Made by a program: the position numbers and the translations under genes. Positions 39,087-47,819 of a stretch of DNA of 64,000 nt are shown here, in pieces. The notes under the pieces were generated by a model. That model ran no database searches. It saw only the letters and a program-made list of their open reading frames with translations, and was not told the origin of the DNA. This stretch comes from a virus (lineage: Duplodnaviria > Caudoviricetes). Where the stretch lies: the IMG/VR virus record IMGVR_UViG_3300021364_000018, positions 1,260 through 65,259 of that record. One strand, 5' to 3'. Numbering within the stretch: position 1 is the stretch's first letter; each line of letters starts with the position of its first letter.

Positions 39087-39467
39087 TTATAATTCTACTG
39101 CAAATATTTTACTTTTATCGACCTCGACTTGTTCTAAATCAAAATTAATACTGACACCACAACCACATGAATCTTTTTCTTTAGGGTTGTGAAACTTGAA
39201 TACTTCGTTTAAACCTTCTTTCACAAAATCGAGTGTCATTCCATTTATATATGGTACACTGATTTTATTTACTACGAATTTTAATTGACCGAAGTCTATG
39301 ATGATGTCATCTGACTCAGCAACATCGCTAGAGTCAAACACATATTCAAAACCAGCACAACCACCACCAGTAATACCCAGCCTAATATAATTGAATTTCT
39401 CTTTCTCTTTTTTTCTAAGTAATTCAACAATCGCTTCATCGGTTATATCAATTAAATTGTCCATCAA
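39087..39467 (-). CDS. iscA: Fe-S cluster assembly A-type carrier (IscA/HesB)
   Basis: GGGCAGFEY, NP....CGCGVS. Confidence 0.9.
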   Translation of the reverse strand: MMDNLIDITDEAIVELLRKKEKEKFNYIRLGITGGGCAGFEYVFDSSDVAESDDIIIDFGQLKFVVNKISVPYINGMTLDFVKEGLNEVFKFHNPKEKDSCGCGVSINFDLEQVEVDKSKIFAVEL

Positions 39468-39471
39468 TTAT

Positions 39472-40125
39472 TTATGAAGGTGGTAAAGGTTTATCGTCTC
39501 CATCTGTTGAAGTTGCAGGTTTAAATCCTGGAATATATTTTGTTTTATCTCGTATACAATCGTAAGGGACATGAATCTCTTGGTCTTCTGGAATATATAA
39601 ATGATTAATCATAGAACGATTACAGGTGTCAATGGCATCATAGACTGTTTCACATATTGCTTCGCCACCTAGATTAAATGATGTATTAAATAATATTGGT
39701 ACACCTGTTCTCTCATAAAAACCTTTAATGAGATTATAATAATTTTTATTCTGTTCTTCGGTCACTGTTTGAATTCGACAAGTGTTGTCGGCATGAACAA
39801 GTGTAGGAATATCTTTGAGTGCCTTAGGTTTACACTGAATGGCAAACGACATCCAAGGCGATTCAGGTAATTGCAACATGTCAAAGTATTCTTCTGCATG
39901 TTCTAACATAACAGTGCAAGCAAATGGTCGATAGGACTCTCTCTTCTTTACATCATTGACAATTGCTTTGGCATTGTGATGTCTAGGGTCAAATAATATA
40001 GAACGATTACCTAGAGCACGAGGACCCCATTCAGAATGATTCTGAAAGATTGCGACAATCTGTTCGTTGTCAATAATTTCATCAAGAATTGAATCTTGGT
40101 CTCTATGAATATTAGTTGTTAGCAT
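39472..40125 (-). CDS. Carbamoyltransferase C-terminal domain (NodU/CmcH family)
   Basis: EWGPRALGNRSIL.DP, KKRE.YRPFA, H.DNTCRIQTV, NTSFNLGGE. Confidence 0.92.
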   Translation of the reverse strand: MLTTNIHRDQDSILDEIIDNEQIVAIFQNHSEWGPRALGNRSILFDPRHHNAKAIVNDVKKRESYRPFACTVMLEHAEEYFDMLQLPESPWMSFAIQCKPKALKDIPTLVHADNTCRIQTVTEEQNKNYYNLIKGFYERTGVPILFNTSFNLGGEAICETVYDAIDTCNRSMINHLYIPEDQEIHVPYDCIRDKTKYIPGFKPATSTDGDDKPLPPS

Positions 40126-41287
40126 GATTTCTCCAATAATCTAAAGCGACACCAACCGCAGTGCCACCGTCATGTGGGATAGGGTCAACAAAAAATTGCA
40201 CATCAGGAAATGCCTGTAGATACTTATAGTTGTTGGTGCAGTTCAATGAATACCCACCTGAGAGAACTACATTCTTACAATCAGGTACCATATCAAGTGC
40301 CTTCTGTATGATTTCTTTACTATGTTCAAGAGCAGCAAGTTCAAGTCTTTGTGCTTCTGTATGTTTAGTAAAGACTTTCGGATGGGCGCCACCATATGAT
40401 GCCATACCCATAACTTTACCTGACGCTCTTCCCATTTTATCACACCCTAATGCATAAGACATTTGTGAGAAGTTCATACCCATTGAAGGCATTGATGTCA
40501 GGACGACTGGCACACCATCTCTCTCATAGACTTCATCTGTATAACACATAAAGGCATCTTCACCAAATGCATCTAAATCAAAATGCATTGAGTGAGAGAA
40601 TCTCTGATTTGATAATCTTTTCCAAATAGGTGTGACTTGTTTGTCTTTGTAATGCCAAATGGTTTCAATTTCTTGATACATAGGGAACTCATCAAAGTAA
40701 GTTTGTGCTCCCCCACCGTCCCAGGCGATAACAATTGCCTCATCGTAAGGTGATAAATGCGACCCACAGACAGCATGATAATAATGATGGTGACGAATAT
40801 CAAAATGATAATTCTCAACTTCTACTTGTCTTGCAATTGCCTGATTAATGTGGTCGTCTTCGTCAACAAAGGTATGATTATCATCAAACACACTATCACC
40901 AAAGGCCTTTCTTATCTCTTCGATTCGTTTAAGAGTAAGTTGTGCTGATGAAAACTCCTGAGTTAATTCTTTTTGTAAGAGTCTATCTTTGTAAACTCTA
41001 TCTTTAAACTTGACTTGAAAATCTCTACGGTCAAACGAGGCTAACGCCAGAGCGCTAGGTTTGTGTAACTGTTTGTGGTCTATTGCCAGTAAGGCAAAAT
41101 TTTGATAGGAGTCAAGACCTTCGTTCTCATGGGTATCAAACCCAGCATCGTCAATCGGTGAGAAATGTTTTTGTCTACGGCATCGTTCTTCTTCGTAAAC
41201 ATTTAAAACTTCACCTGATTTCCTATCAATACATGCGACTGATGTATCGTGTGATTGGTTCACGCCCAATATAATATTGTCATTCAT
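40112..41287 (-). CDS. Carbamoyltransferase N-terminal (Kae1-like) domain
   Basis: ILG...SHD, EEER..R.K, HH..HA, DGGG, GKVMGMASYG, SGG..LNC..N, D.G.A.G. Confidence 0.9.
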   Translation of the reverse strand: MNDNIILGVNQSHDTSVACIDRKSGEVLNVYEEERCRRQKHFSPIDDAGFDTHENEGLDSYQNFALLAIDHKQLHKPSALALASFDRRDFQVKFKDRVYKDRLLQKELTQEFSSAQLTLKRIEEIRKAFGDSVFDDNHTFVDEDDHINQAIARQVEVENYHFDIRHHHYYHAVCGSHLSPYDEAIVIAWDGGGAQTYFDEFPMYQEIETIWHYKDKQVTPIWKRLSNQRFSHSMHFDLDAFGEDAFMCYTDEVYERDGVPVVLTSMPSMGMNFSQMSYALGCDKMGRASGKVMGMASYGGAHPKVFTKHTEAQRLELAALEHSKEIIQKALDMVPDCKNVVLSGGYSLNCTNNYKYLQAFPDVQFFVDPIPHDGGTAVGVALDYWRNHANN

Positions 41288-41310
41288 AATAATCCTGAAT
41301 TGTAAAATAC

Positions 41311-41487
41311 TTATTTAGTAATATTTTTATAGTTATCAATTAATTGTTTTGAGGTTACCAGACCTCTATCGAGTAAATCGTATAATAAATCAGACTGACC
41401 TGTTCTGGCACCGACATAATAACCGTACCAATACGACCCACCGGCACATACTGAAATAAAAATGATGTGTATTAAATATAAATCCAT
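41311..41487 (-). CDS. 58-aa membrane protein
   Basis: Manual translation MDLYLIHIIFISVCAGGSYWYGYYVG...; SD GAGG. Confidence 0.55.
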   Translation of the reverse strand: MDLYLIHIIFISVCAGGSYWYGYYVGARTGQSDLLYDLLDRGLVTSKQLIDNYKNITK

Positions 41488-41649
41488 TTATTTGTCCTCG
41501 TTGTATTTATTGCGAACAATAGGACTACGAAAAGAAATATAATTACCAGTTAAAACTGCGTAGATACCTCCAACGAGAGTAATCCAGAACATGAGAGTGA
41601 ACCCATACTTAAAGATGGAAAAGGGTAACATAAAAATTTCATATAACAT
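41488..41649 (-). CDS. Small membrane protein
   Basis: Start MLYEIF after SD AGGAG; hydrophobic core. Confidence 0.55.
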   Translation of the reverse strand: MLYEIFMLPFSIFKYGFTLMFWITLVGGIYAVLTGNYISFRSPIVRNKYNEDK

Positions 41650-41665
41650 AGCGTCTCCTATAAAC

Positions 41666-41760
41666 CTGGCAGGGAGGGATTGCACACATCAATCGTATAA
41701 TGCTTGTGGATTTTGTGATATTTAATCCCTTTATCCCTTGCCCGAGCTCATTCGCCCCTA
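41666..41760 (-). ncRNA. Candidate structured RNA or leader
   Basis: GGCA-AGGGA-TAA-AGGGATT pairs with AATCCCT-CCC-TGCC; 5' GGGC/GCTC mini-hairpin; promoter TTGTCG-17-TATACT at 41780-41808. Confidence 0.45.
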
Positions 41761-41810
41761 TTATTTAAAATCAACTACCAGTATACACTGGTCTGCGACA
41801 TACGACAACC

Positions 41811-41927
41811 CTATTCCCAAGGTAATTTGTGGTATTTACCGCTTTTGCTTTCACCATAACAGTGTGCTGAACCCCATGCGAAGACACCTGCAACGCAAAG
41901 GGCAATGATTTGTGTAAATATTTCCAT
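41811..41927 (-). CDS. 38-aa membrane peptide
   Basis: Manual translation MEIFTQIIALCVAGVFAWGSAHCYGESKSGKYHKLPWE; SD AGGAG. Confidence 0.45.
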   Translation of the reverse strand: MEIFTQIIALCVAGVFAWGSAHCYGESKSGKYHKLPWE

Positions 41928-42155
41928 TCAAATCTCCTTTTTCCGACTAAAATAACGCCTTATAGTATACACCCTTACATAAGCGACCACTGTCATCCAT
42001 GCGGTGACTGTAGTCCCAATGTGTAAAGTGTTCGTCATACCCCATAAATCTATGCAAATAAACAATCCGAGTAGATTTAAAGGGTAATTTATCAGTAGAC
42101 CAGTGAAGACTGTAGTAAAAGTCTCTTTGTGCCTCTGTCTAACCTCTTGATTCAT
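41928..42155 (-). CDS. Small two-TM membrane protein
   Basis: E....V..G..I...N ... R.Y.IRR.F pattern. Confidence 0.65.
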   Translation of the reverse strand: MNQEVRQRHKETFTTVFTGLLINYPLNLLGLFICIDLWGMTNTLHIGTTVTAWMTVVAYVRVYTIRRYFSRKKEI

Positions 42156-42421
42156 GCAAAACCATACCTCCGTGCATAGTATTTTAAGTCTAAGATGTTA
42201 TTCTCAGGAGTGTAAGACTCCTTATCCATCTCATAAACAGGGTCTCCTTCATCATCATCACCATAATAGACTGATAATACGAGTTGACCGTCTCTGTCCT
42301 CAATATAAAAGAGTGTATCTTCTTCTATACCGTGGGTTTCGAGAAACACCTCTGCATCTAATTCATCATCAAAGTGTATCTCATCGTCAATTACCTCAAA
42401 ATTATAACCGACATATCGCAT
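42152..42421 (-). CDS. Acidic hypothetical protein
   Basis: ORF with SD AAGGA. Confidence 0.6.
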   Translation of the reverse strand: MRYVGYNFEVIDDEIHFDDELDAEVFLETHGIEEDTLFYIEDRDGQLVLSVYYGDDDEGDPVYEMDKESYTPENNILDLKYYARRYGFA

Positions 42422-42548
42422 TTTTGGTTTCCTTCTTCGTTTTTCCCAAAAAAAATTTTAATAAGGGTACCGGTCAGAAAAACAACCCGATGCCTTAACA
42501 TCAGTGGACCAAGGGCAACACAATCGCTGGGACTGTTCCTAAGCGATT

Positions 42549-42728
42549 CTACTGCACCCGAGTGACTTCGACTACACACTCCTTCGATTCTAACTCTGAG
42601 GCGACTTCCATCGCTTCTCTCATAGGTATCGGAGTCGTATTATAGACCTGCCATACTCTGTCACCACTAATGTGTTTGATATTCTTATGGAAGTACCTCA
42701 CAGTGGCATTCATGTTGTCTACTGTCAT
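42549..42728 (-). CDS. 59-aa hypothetical protein
   Basis: Manual translation MTVDNMNATVRYFHKNIKHISGDRVWQVYNTTPIPMREAMEVASELESKECVVEVTRVQ; SD AAGGA. Confidence 0.5.
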   Translation of the reverse strand: MTVDNMNATVRYFHKNIKHISGDRVWQVYNTTPIPMREAMEVASELESKECVVEVTRVQ

Positions 42729-42742
42729 ATGTATCCTTATAC

Positions 42743-42864
42743 TATATGCTGTAGTGGGCGGGGCAACCTCCTCCCCGCCATGGATGTTCGGACATCAACC
42801 TCTGGGACTTTCACATATGCATGATATATTACAGGTAACTCCCAGATGAACCCTACAACATATA
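42743..42864 (-). ncRNA. Candidate ~120-nt four-way-junction RNA
   Basis: Closing stem TATATGTTGTAG/CTACAGCATATA; arms TCTGGGA/TCCCAGA, GATGT/ACATC, GGCGGGG/CCCCGCC; promoter TAGACA-18-TATAAT at 42868-42897. Confidence 0.7.
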
Positions 42865-42894
42865 ACCATTATACTATGGTAATGCAGTCTATGT

Positions 42895-43134
42895 CTAGTG
42901 GAAAACTCGCTCAACACCTCCAATTACTATGAAGTCTATGGCTATCTCACCCTCTATGACTATGCCCTCTCTATGGAAGACACTCGCACACATGAGTGAC
43001 CAGCATTCATTGATGTTTTCCTTAACCATTGCCAGTTGCATCTCCTTACTATTAAGGGGTATGTCTACTGGTATATTGGATGCGATATGCACCCCTCGTA
43101 ATCCGTTAATCATGTTATTTCCTTTTCTCATCAT
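42895..43134 (-). CDS. Hypothetical early protein
   Basis: ORF directly behind tandem sigma70 promoters. Confidence 0.6.
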   Translation of the reverse strand: MMRKGNNMINGLRGVHIASNIPVDIPLNSKEMQLAMVKENINECWSLMCASVFHREGIVIEGEIAIDFIVIGGVERVFH

Positions 43135-43138
43135 GGTA

Positions 43139-43286
43139 ATGGTAACAAAAAATGGAGGTCACTGTCAACCCCTCTATGGCGCTACGAATCACCTGCATAA
43201 CCCTCCATGGTATCATATATGGGGGTCATATGTCAAATCCTCAGAGGGTCTCAAAAGGTTGACATCTCTCGAATTATACATATACT
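43139..43286. promoter_or_regulatory. Cluster of divergent sigma70-type promoters
   Basis: (-) TTGACA-18-TACCAT at 43139-68 and 43207-36; (+) TTGACA-16-TATACT at 43259-86. Confidence 0.65.
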
Positions 43287-43394
43287 AACATCTCTGAACA
43301 CACTCCGCTAAATGCAAAATAATCCCCTTTACACAATCTCACATATATACTAATATATTCCACACAATTACACACTTTGTCACACTAATATATT

Positions 43395-43691
43395 ATGAGC
43401 ATACTTGAACGATTCAAAAAAATATTCAAAGACCCCATTCCTAAGGGGTTTCAACCCTATAAGTTCACCTTAGATTGGTATGTGAAATGGATTGCATCTA
43501 TCTTTGTTATCCTTGCAATGTCACTTCGAGGCGTATCTGAGTTAGTCTTCTATGATATGTTATTCACACTTATCGGTCTCATACTATGGTTATGGGTGTC
43601 TATCATATGGCGGGATAGAGCATTAATCATACTCAATGCGGTGGGTTTTATTCTCGTTTTGCGTAATTTCGTAGAGTTTCTCTTAGTATAA
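43395..43691 (+). CDS. Small multi-TM membrane protein
   Basis: DWYVKWIAS ... W.WVS..W.DRALI.LN; three hydrophobic segments. Confidence 0.7.
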   Translation: MSILERFKKIFKDPIPKGFQPYKFTLDWYVKWIASIFVILAMSLRGVSELVFYDMLFTLIGLILWLWVSIIWRDRALIILNAVGFILVLRNFVEFLLV

Positions 43692-43816
43692 GGGTCAGCG
43701 GAAGCGTGGTGTCTATGGAGGTGCGTTTTTGCGTGTATGTATGTCCCCTTCGTTTGCCTCATCCTGGAGCGGACTTGTAGTATCTACGGAAATCGTGTAT
43801 TATACTAAATAGTAGT

Positions 43817-45097
43817 ATGAAATATGAAATGATAGTCAATCAAATCGCAGGTGCAATCAAGCATACTGAGTGGGAGTTTAAAGAACCTGGTCTTCCTGAT
43901 AATACGAATAGATTAATAAAGGTTATATGTAGCACAAAAGAAGATAGAGATTCTATTCGTAGGAGTGTGCAAAAATATATTCGTAAGACCTTTAAGTTTA
44001 AGGTGAAAGAACATAAGACTAGCGATTCAGGTAAAAAGGTCACATCATTTAATAGTCAAAATCATAAGTTTCGTATCATTTATAAACCTAAGTCTGGCGG
44101 AATGTCTCAGACTACCCTTAATAGTAGTATTACTGAGTTATTTCCTTGTATTGCGTTTGAGAATAAAATCACTAGTAAGAATGTCGATGATTTTTATCAT
44201 AAAGTATATGTGTTAGCGAATGTCAATCATAAGTGTTATACAAGTGTTAAGAACTTTGAAGCGGGTGAACAGTTTATTGAAAAAGCAGATAGTAGTAGTA
44301 AGTTTAAAGAAAAGATTAAGAATGCTATTGCGATTACTCAGTTTATAAGAGATACAGATAAGAAAAAGAAAGTAAAACAAACCTATTGGACATATCGACC
44401 ACCTAAACCTAAGGGTGTTCCTGATAATAGTCCTGCTGATATTGTGTTAGAGTTTGATGATAATACTATGTTAGGTGTATCATTGAAGGCGGGTGGCGAG
44501 AAGACAGCAGAACCTTTACTTAACACTTATGTAAATCCTGTGTATGAATTCTTTTATACATCTACTCTGCAAAAGAATAATCTGCGTAAAAAACTATGGA
44601 AAAACTCATACTCTAAGATAGAAGGTATTGACGAGAAATACGATGAGAAGGCGAATCTAAAAGTCACAAAACAACAATTAGAATATTTCGAAGAGAATTA
44701 CTTAGATGAATACGAAGCGATGTATAATAGTAATCTGAATATTATACGAGATGACCTGATGAAAGCATTTACATCGAATGTCGATAAGTTTAAGGATTAT
44801 TGTAATACACAGATAATGAAAAAGAGTGACTTACCTACTATCATCATTAAAGCAATCGGTAAATCATATAAAGAAGTTGAAGATAGTAGTCAACTTGCAA
44901 CATTACTAGCGATGACTGATAATGTAAAAGCGAAGAAGTCTACTACCTCAAAACAAAACTTCAATCTATGTCTCTACGACAAATCGAATCGTTTACTTGG
45001 CGAAATGAAGATGTCTGTTCGTTCTAATAAGGTCGGTGTTGACCATAAACTCGGACAGTTCTTTAATCTTGCAGTCAAGTATAACGGATTAGAGTAA
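43817..45097 (+). CDS. Putative PD-(D/E)XK endonuclease-fold protein
   Basis: ITEL.PC ... SPADIV ... GVSLK; late-type box ACTAAATA upstream. Confidence 0.55.
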   Translation: MKYEMIVNQIAGAIKHTEWEFKEPGLPDNTNRLIKVICSTKEDRDSIRRSVQKYIRKTFKFKVKEHKTSDSGKKVTSFNSQNHKFRIIYKPKSGGMSQTTLNSSITELFPCIAFENKITSKNVDDFYHKVYVLANVNHKCYTSVKNFEAGEQFIEKADSSSKFKEKIKNAIAITQFIRDTDKKKKVKQTYWTYRPPKPKGVPDNSPADIVLEFDDNTMLGVSLKAGGEKTAEPLLNTYVNPVYEFFYTSTLQKNNLRKKLWKNSYSKIEGIDEKYDEKANLKVTKQQLEYFEENYLDEYEAMYNSNLNIIRDDLMKAFTSNVDKFKDYCNTQIMKKSDLPTIIIKAIGKSYKEVEDSSQLATLLAMTDNVKAKKSTTSKQNFNLCLYDKSNRLLGEMKMSVRSNKVGVDHKLGQFFNLAVKYNGLE

Positions 45098-45976
45098 TCT
45101 TAACTTCAAAAAGTAATCGTGTTCGTCCTCGAATTCAGGATGTTTGACTAAGTGTAGTAATGAACATTGACGAGAGAAGTCACGATAGTCATGATTCCAT
45201 GATATGAACTTAGCATCTTCTTCTCCGCCCATACCTCTCCAATTATCAGGAAAGTTAGGTCTTACATTCTCTTCCCATGCTTCGTTAAGTTCATCATTCT
45301 TTGCTTTATCTCTGACATAGTATTTACCAACAATACCAGGTTCCATAGGAATCACAAACTCTGAGTATTCTTCATCTAAGAATTCCATGAATGAACTATA
45401 CTGAGATATAACCTCATCATCAAACATCTTTGCAACAAAGTCTGAATGTTCGCCATAATTGAATTGATAGAAATATGGCATGAGTGTTGTTTGTTCTGTC
45501 TTCGTCCAATCAAGTTGACCTGAGATAGATGCATAATTGTTATCGGTGATTTCTGCTTTCTGAGATTCAGACAATGCATATGATGAGTGACTTGGGTCAC
45601 CTTTATCAGGTAATGTTGAGAATAAGATTGAGTGACATAGACCCATAGGAATCGTATTACAATCTATGAACATAGTTTTATCTTGCGACCCAAAGACATC
45701 GTTCTTCCATACATGTCGTTGATGAAATGATGTATCAGGTACATCATCTGATTTTACAAAGAGAAACTTTACAGATGTTTCTACATTGGGGTCGTCTTCA
45801 TATGGATTTGTGAAGTCTTCGAGTGCGTAATCAGTGATAATTACAAATCTCACTAATTGCATCCCTTCGTTCATAATTAACCTTTGTTTGTCAAGGTGTG
45901 CTTTCATTCTCAGTGCTGAATCAGGTGTGACATTTGGGTCATCCTTCATCACTAATGTTGCCATGTTCATCGCCAT
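45089..45976 (-). CDS. Hypothetical protein, weak GT-A glycosyltransferase resemblance
   Basis: FVIITD ... W ... MFIDCN layout. Confidence 0.4.
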   Translation of the reverse strand: MAMNMATLVMKDDPNVTPDSALRMKAHLDKQRLIMNEGMQLVRFVIITDYALEDFTNPYEDDPNVETSVKFLFVKSDDVPDTSFHQRHVWKNDVFGSQDKTMFIDCNTIPMGLCHSILFSTLPDKGDPSHSSYALSESQKAEITDNNYASISGQLDWTKTEQTTLMPYFYQFNYGEHSDFVAKMFDDEVISQYSSFMEFLDEEYSEFVIPMEPGIVGKYYVRDKAKNDELNEAWEENVRPNFPDNWRGMGGEEDAKFISWNHDYRDFSRQCSLLHLVKHPEFEDEHDYFLKLRLL

Positions 45977-45982
45977 GATATA

Positions 45983-46318
45983 TTATCTCCTCATTCGTGC
46001 TAAATCTTTAGCATATTGTTTATCTTCTTCAAAAACAGGTACAAGATTAGATTTATGCATCACTCCTATACCTATCAACTTTCTTTCACCTGAGTATTGC
46101 ATCGGTTCAATTCTAGGGGTTGGATTCCCTGTCGATGTAGATACAAGACTCGGATATTCTTGTTTAATCTCTCTCATCACTTGGTCATATTGTCGTTTCT
46201 GAGATTCGATTAATTCATTATATTTAGTTCGTTTAGACTTTGTAGTAAATGCTTTAGTCTTGCGTTTTTTACCAGTCGGTCCATATTTAATAGAACTAGA
46301 TAAATTCAAATAACCCAT
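45983..46318 (-). CDS. Conserved basic hypothetical protein
   Basis: YPSL, Y.G.R.LIGI..MHKSNLVPVF. Confidence 0.7.
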   Translation of the reverse strand: MGYLNLSSSIKYGPTGKKRKTKAFTTKSKRTKYNELIESQKRQYDQVMREIKQEYPSLVSTSTGNPTPRIEPMQYSGERKLIGIGVMHKSNLVPVFEEDKQYAKDLARMRR

Positions 46319-46365
46319 GTATATAATTATAATCTATGTATGTATTTTATTCAATATGGTTTTTA

Positions 46366-46998
46366 CTATAAAGTGTAATTAATCCAACCTGTTAATACAT
46401 ATTTGTCATTCTTCAAAGGTGGGTTACCCCTATGTATATGTGTCCAACCCGCTGGCCAACATACGAATCGACCTTGTCTTGGGGGTACTCTCACACTTTG
46501 ATATAAAAATTCTGTTTCGCCACCTTCGTCTACATCATTGAGATAGACCATGAATGCAAGTATACTATTTCTATCATAGATAGTTGAACCTGCTTCTGAG
46601 TGCCATTGATGATAACCTTCTGTCGGTCTTGTCTTTTGCATCTTAATCTGAGATGTAAACAGTCCATCGTATGTATTAGAATCAAGTAGTGGGTATTTAA
46701 TCTGCCACGACTCTATGATTTCATTGTTGATATAGTTTACAACATCTTGTAAAGGTTCGTTCATTGATGCATCGCATGATGTGTAAAAGATTTGTTGGTC
46801 TGCTTGTGCAAGATTAGGTATGCCACTTGCTCTTCGACTTGTTGTTAAACCTTTATCTTCTAAGTAATTGAATCTATTGATACATTCATTACATATATTT
46901 TCATCAAAGAGATTATCAATGATTCTGATATGGTCGCCATACGAATCATCCCATGGCAAATCAGGTCTATTCTTTACTTGTTCGTTTTGTTTTGTCAT
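46366..46998 (-). CDS. 2OG-Fe(II) oxygenase
   Basis: QKT.P.EGYHQWHSE, YLNDVDEGGETEFLYQ, WPAGWTHIHRGNPP, KY.LTGW. Confidence 0.92.
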   Translation of the reverse strand: MTKQNEQVKNRPDLPWDDSYGDHIRIIDNLFDENICNECINRFNYLEDKGLTTSRRASGIPNLAQADQQIFYTSCDASMNEPLQDVVNYINNEIIESWQIKYPLLDSNTYDGLFTSQIKMQKTRPTEGYHQWHSEAGSTIYDRNSILAFMVYLNDVDEGGETEFLYQSVRVPPRQGRFVCWPAGWTHIHRGNPPLKNDKYVLTGWINYTL

Positions 46999-47134
46999 AA
47001 TATTTTAAACTGCATTCAGGTCCACAAAACACTTTTGCAGGTGAACCTTCTTTAATCGATGTATGATATTTGACTTCTGATACTTCTATCTCAGTTCTAC
47101 ATACAAAACATTTAACTACTTGGGGTCTAAACAT
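46967..47134 (-). CDS. Small zinc-binding protein (TRASH/YHS-like)
   Basis: Manual translation MFRPQVVKCFVC...VFCGPECSLKYY. Confidence 0.55.
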   Translation of the reverse strand: MFRPQVVKCFVCRTEIEVSEVKYHTSIKEGSPAKVFCGPECSLKYYDKTKRTSKE

Positions 47135-47816
47135 CTTCTCCCATTAGTTCATCATTTGTTGGGTGTGGGTTGTCATTGAATGTGAACCACATCAACAATA
47201 CATATCTTTCACCTTGAAATATAGGTTCTACGCCGTGCCATCTCTCTGTAGAGTTATTGAATGCAAGAACTGAACCCTCATCTAAATCAAAAGTATTTCT
47301 ATCAACTGACACCCTTGCACCTTTATAGTTGTTATTGAGTGTCATTATGAGTGTTCCTGTATCATTCATATCTCCTACATCTTTGTGATATGGGAAGAAT
47401 GAATCGTCTTTGTAGTGTGCTATCTGAACATATTGCACGACCTCGAAGTCAACATGATTAGGTATGCAGTGACCCATGATGTCAAGTATCTTGTTAAACT
47501 CTTTTGATTCTAAAGGTATAACAGTATAATCTACATTCATTTCATGAGCATACTTATATGGAAGATTACGAGATACTTTATCCTCAGGACCTTTTACTTT
47601 GTTAGTCTCTAAATCGTGTTCTACTTCTTCAAAAGGTGTATTATGATGTATGTCTATAATCTCATCACAACCCTCTTCTGTTATTGATTGTGAAAATACT
47701 TGAATGAAGTCTTGTTCTCTCTCAAAGTGAAATTCACTTTTCTCCTCTTCTTCTTTTACAACAATCGGTGTGTGTTGTTCTGCATTTGTAAAGTCTGTGA
47801 CATTTAGTTTACCCAT
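47127..47816 (-). CDS. 2OG-Fe(II) oxygenase
   Basis: QIAHY..FPYHKD, LN.NY.G, WHGVEPI..GERY. Confidence 0.85.
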   Translation of the reverse strand: MGKLNVTDFTNAEQHTPIVVKEEEEKSEFHFEREQDFIQVFSQSITEEGCDEIIDIHHNTPFEEVEHDLETNKVKGPEDKVSRNLPYKYAHEMNVDYTVIPLESKEFNKILDIMGHCIPNHVDFEVVQYVQIAHYKDDSFFPYHKDVGDMNDTGTLIMTLNNNYKGARVSVDRNTFDLDEGSVLAFNNSTERWHGVEPIFQGERYVLLMWFTFNDNPHPTNDELMGEDV

Positions 47817-47819
47817 TTT

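Noticed and set aside
42480-42510. Hammerhead ribozyme (CUGAUG core)
   Set aside because: Reads CUGAUGU rather than CUGANGA, and no GAAA partner in the right place
42743-42864. tRNA, tmRNA or RNase P identity for the cloverleaf RNA (contains GAAAGUCC)
   Set aside because: No TTC(G/A)A T-loop, D-loop or CCA end; far too short and lacking the other conserved RNase P regions
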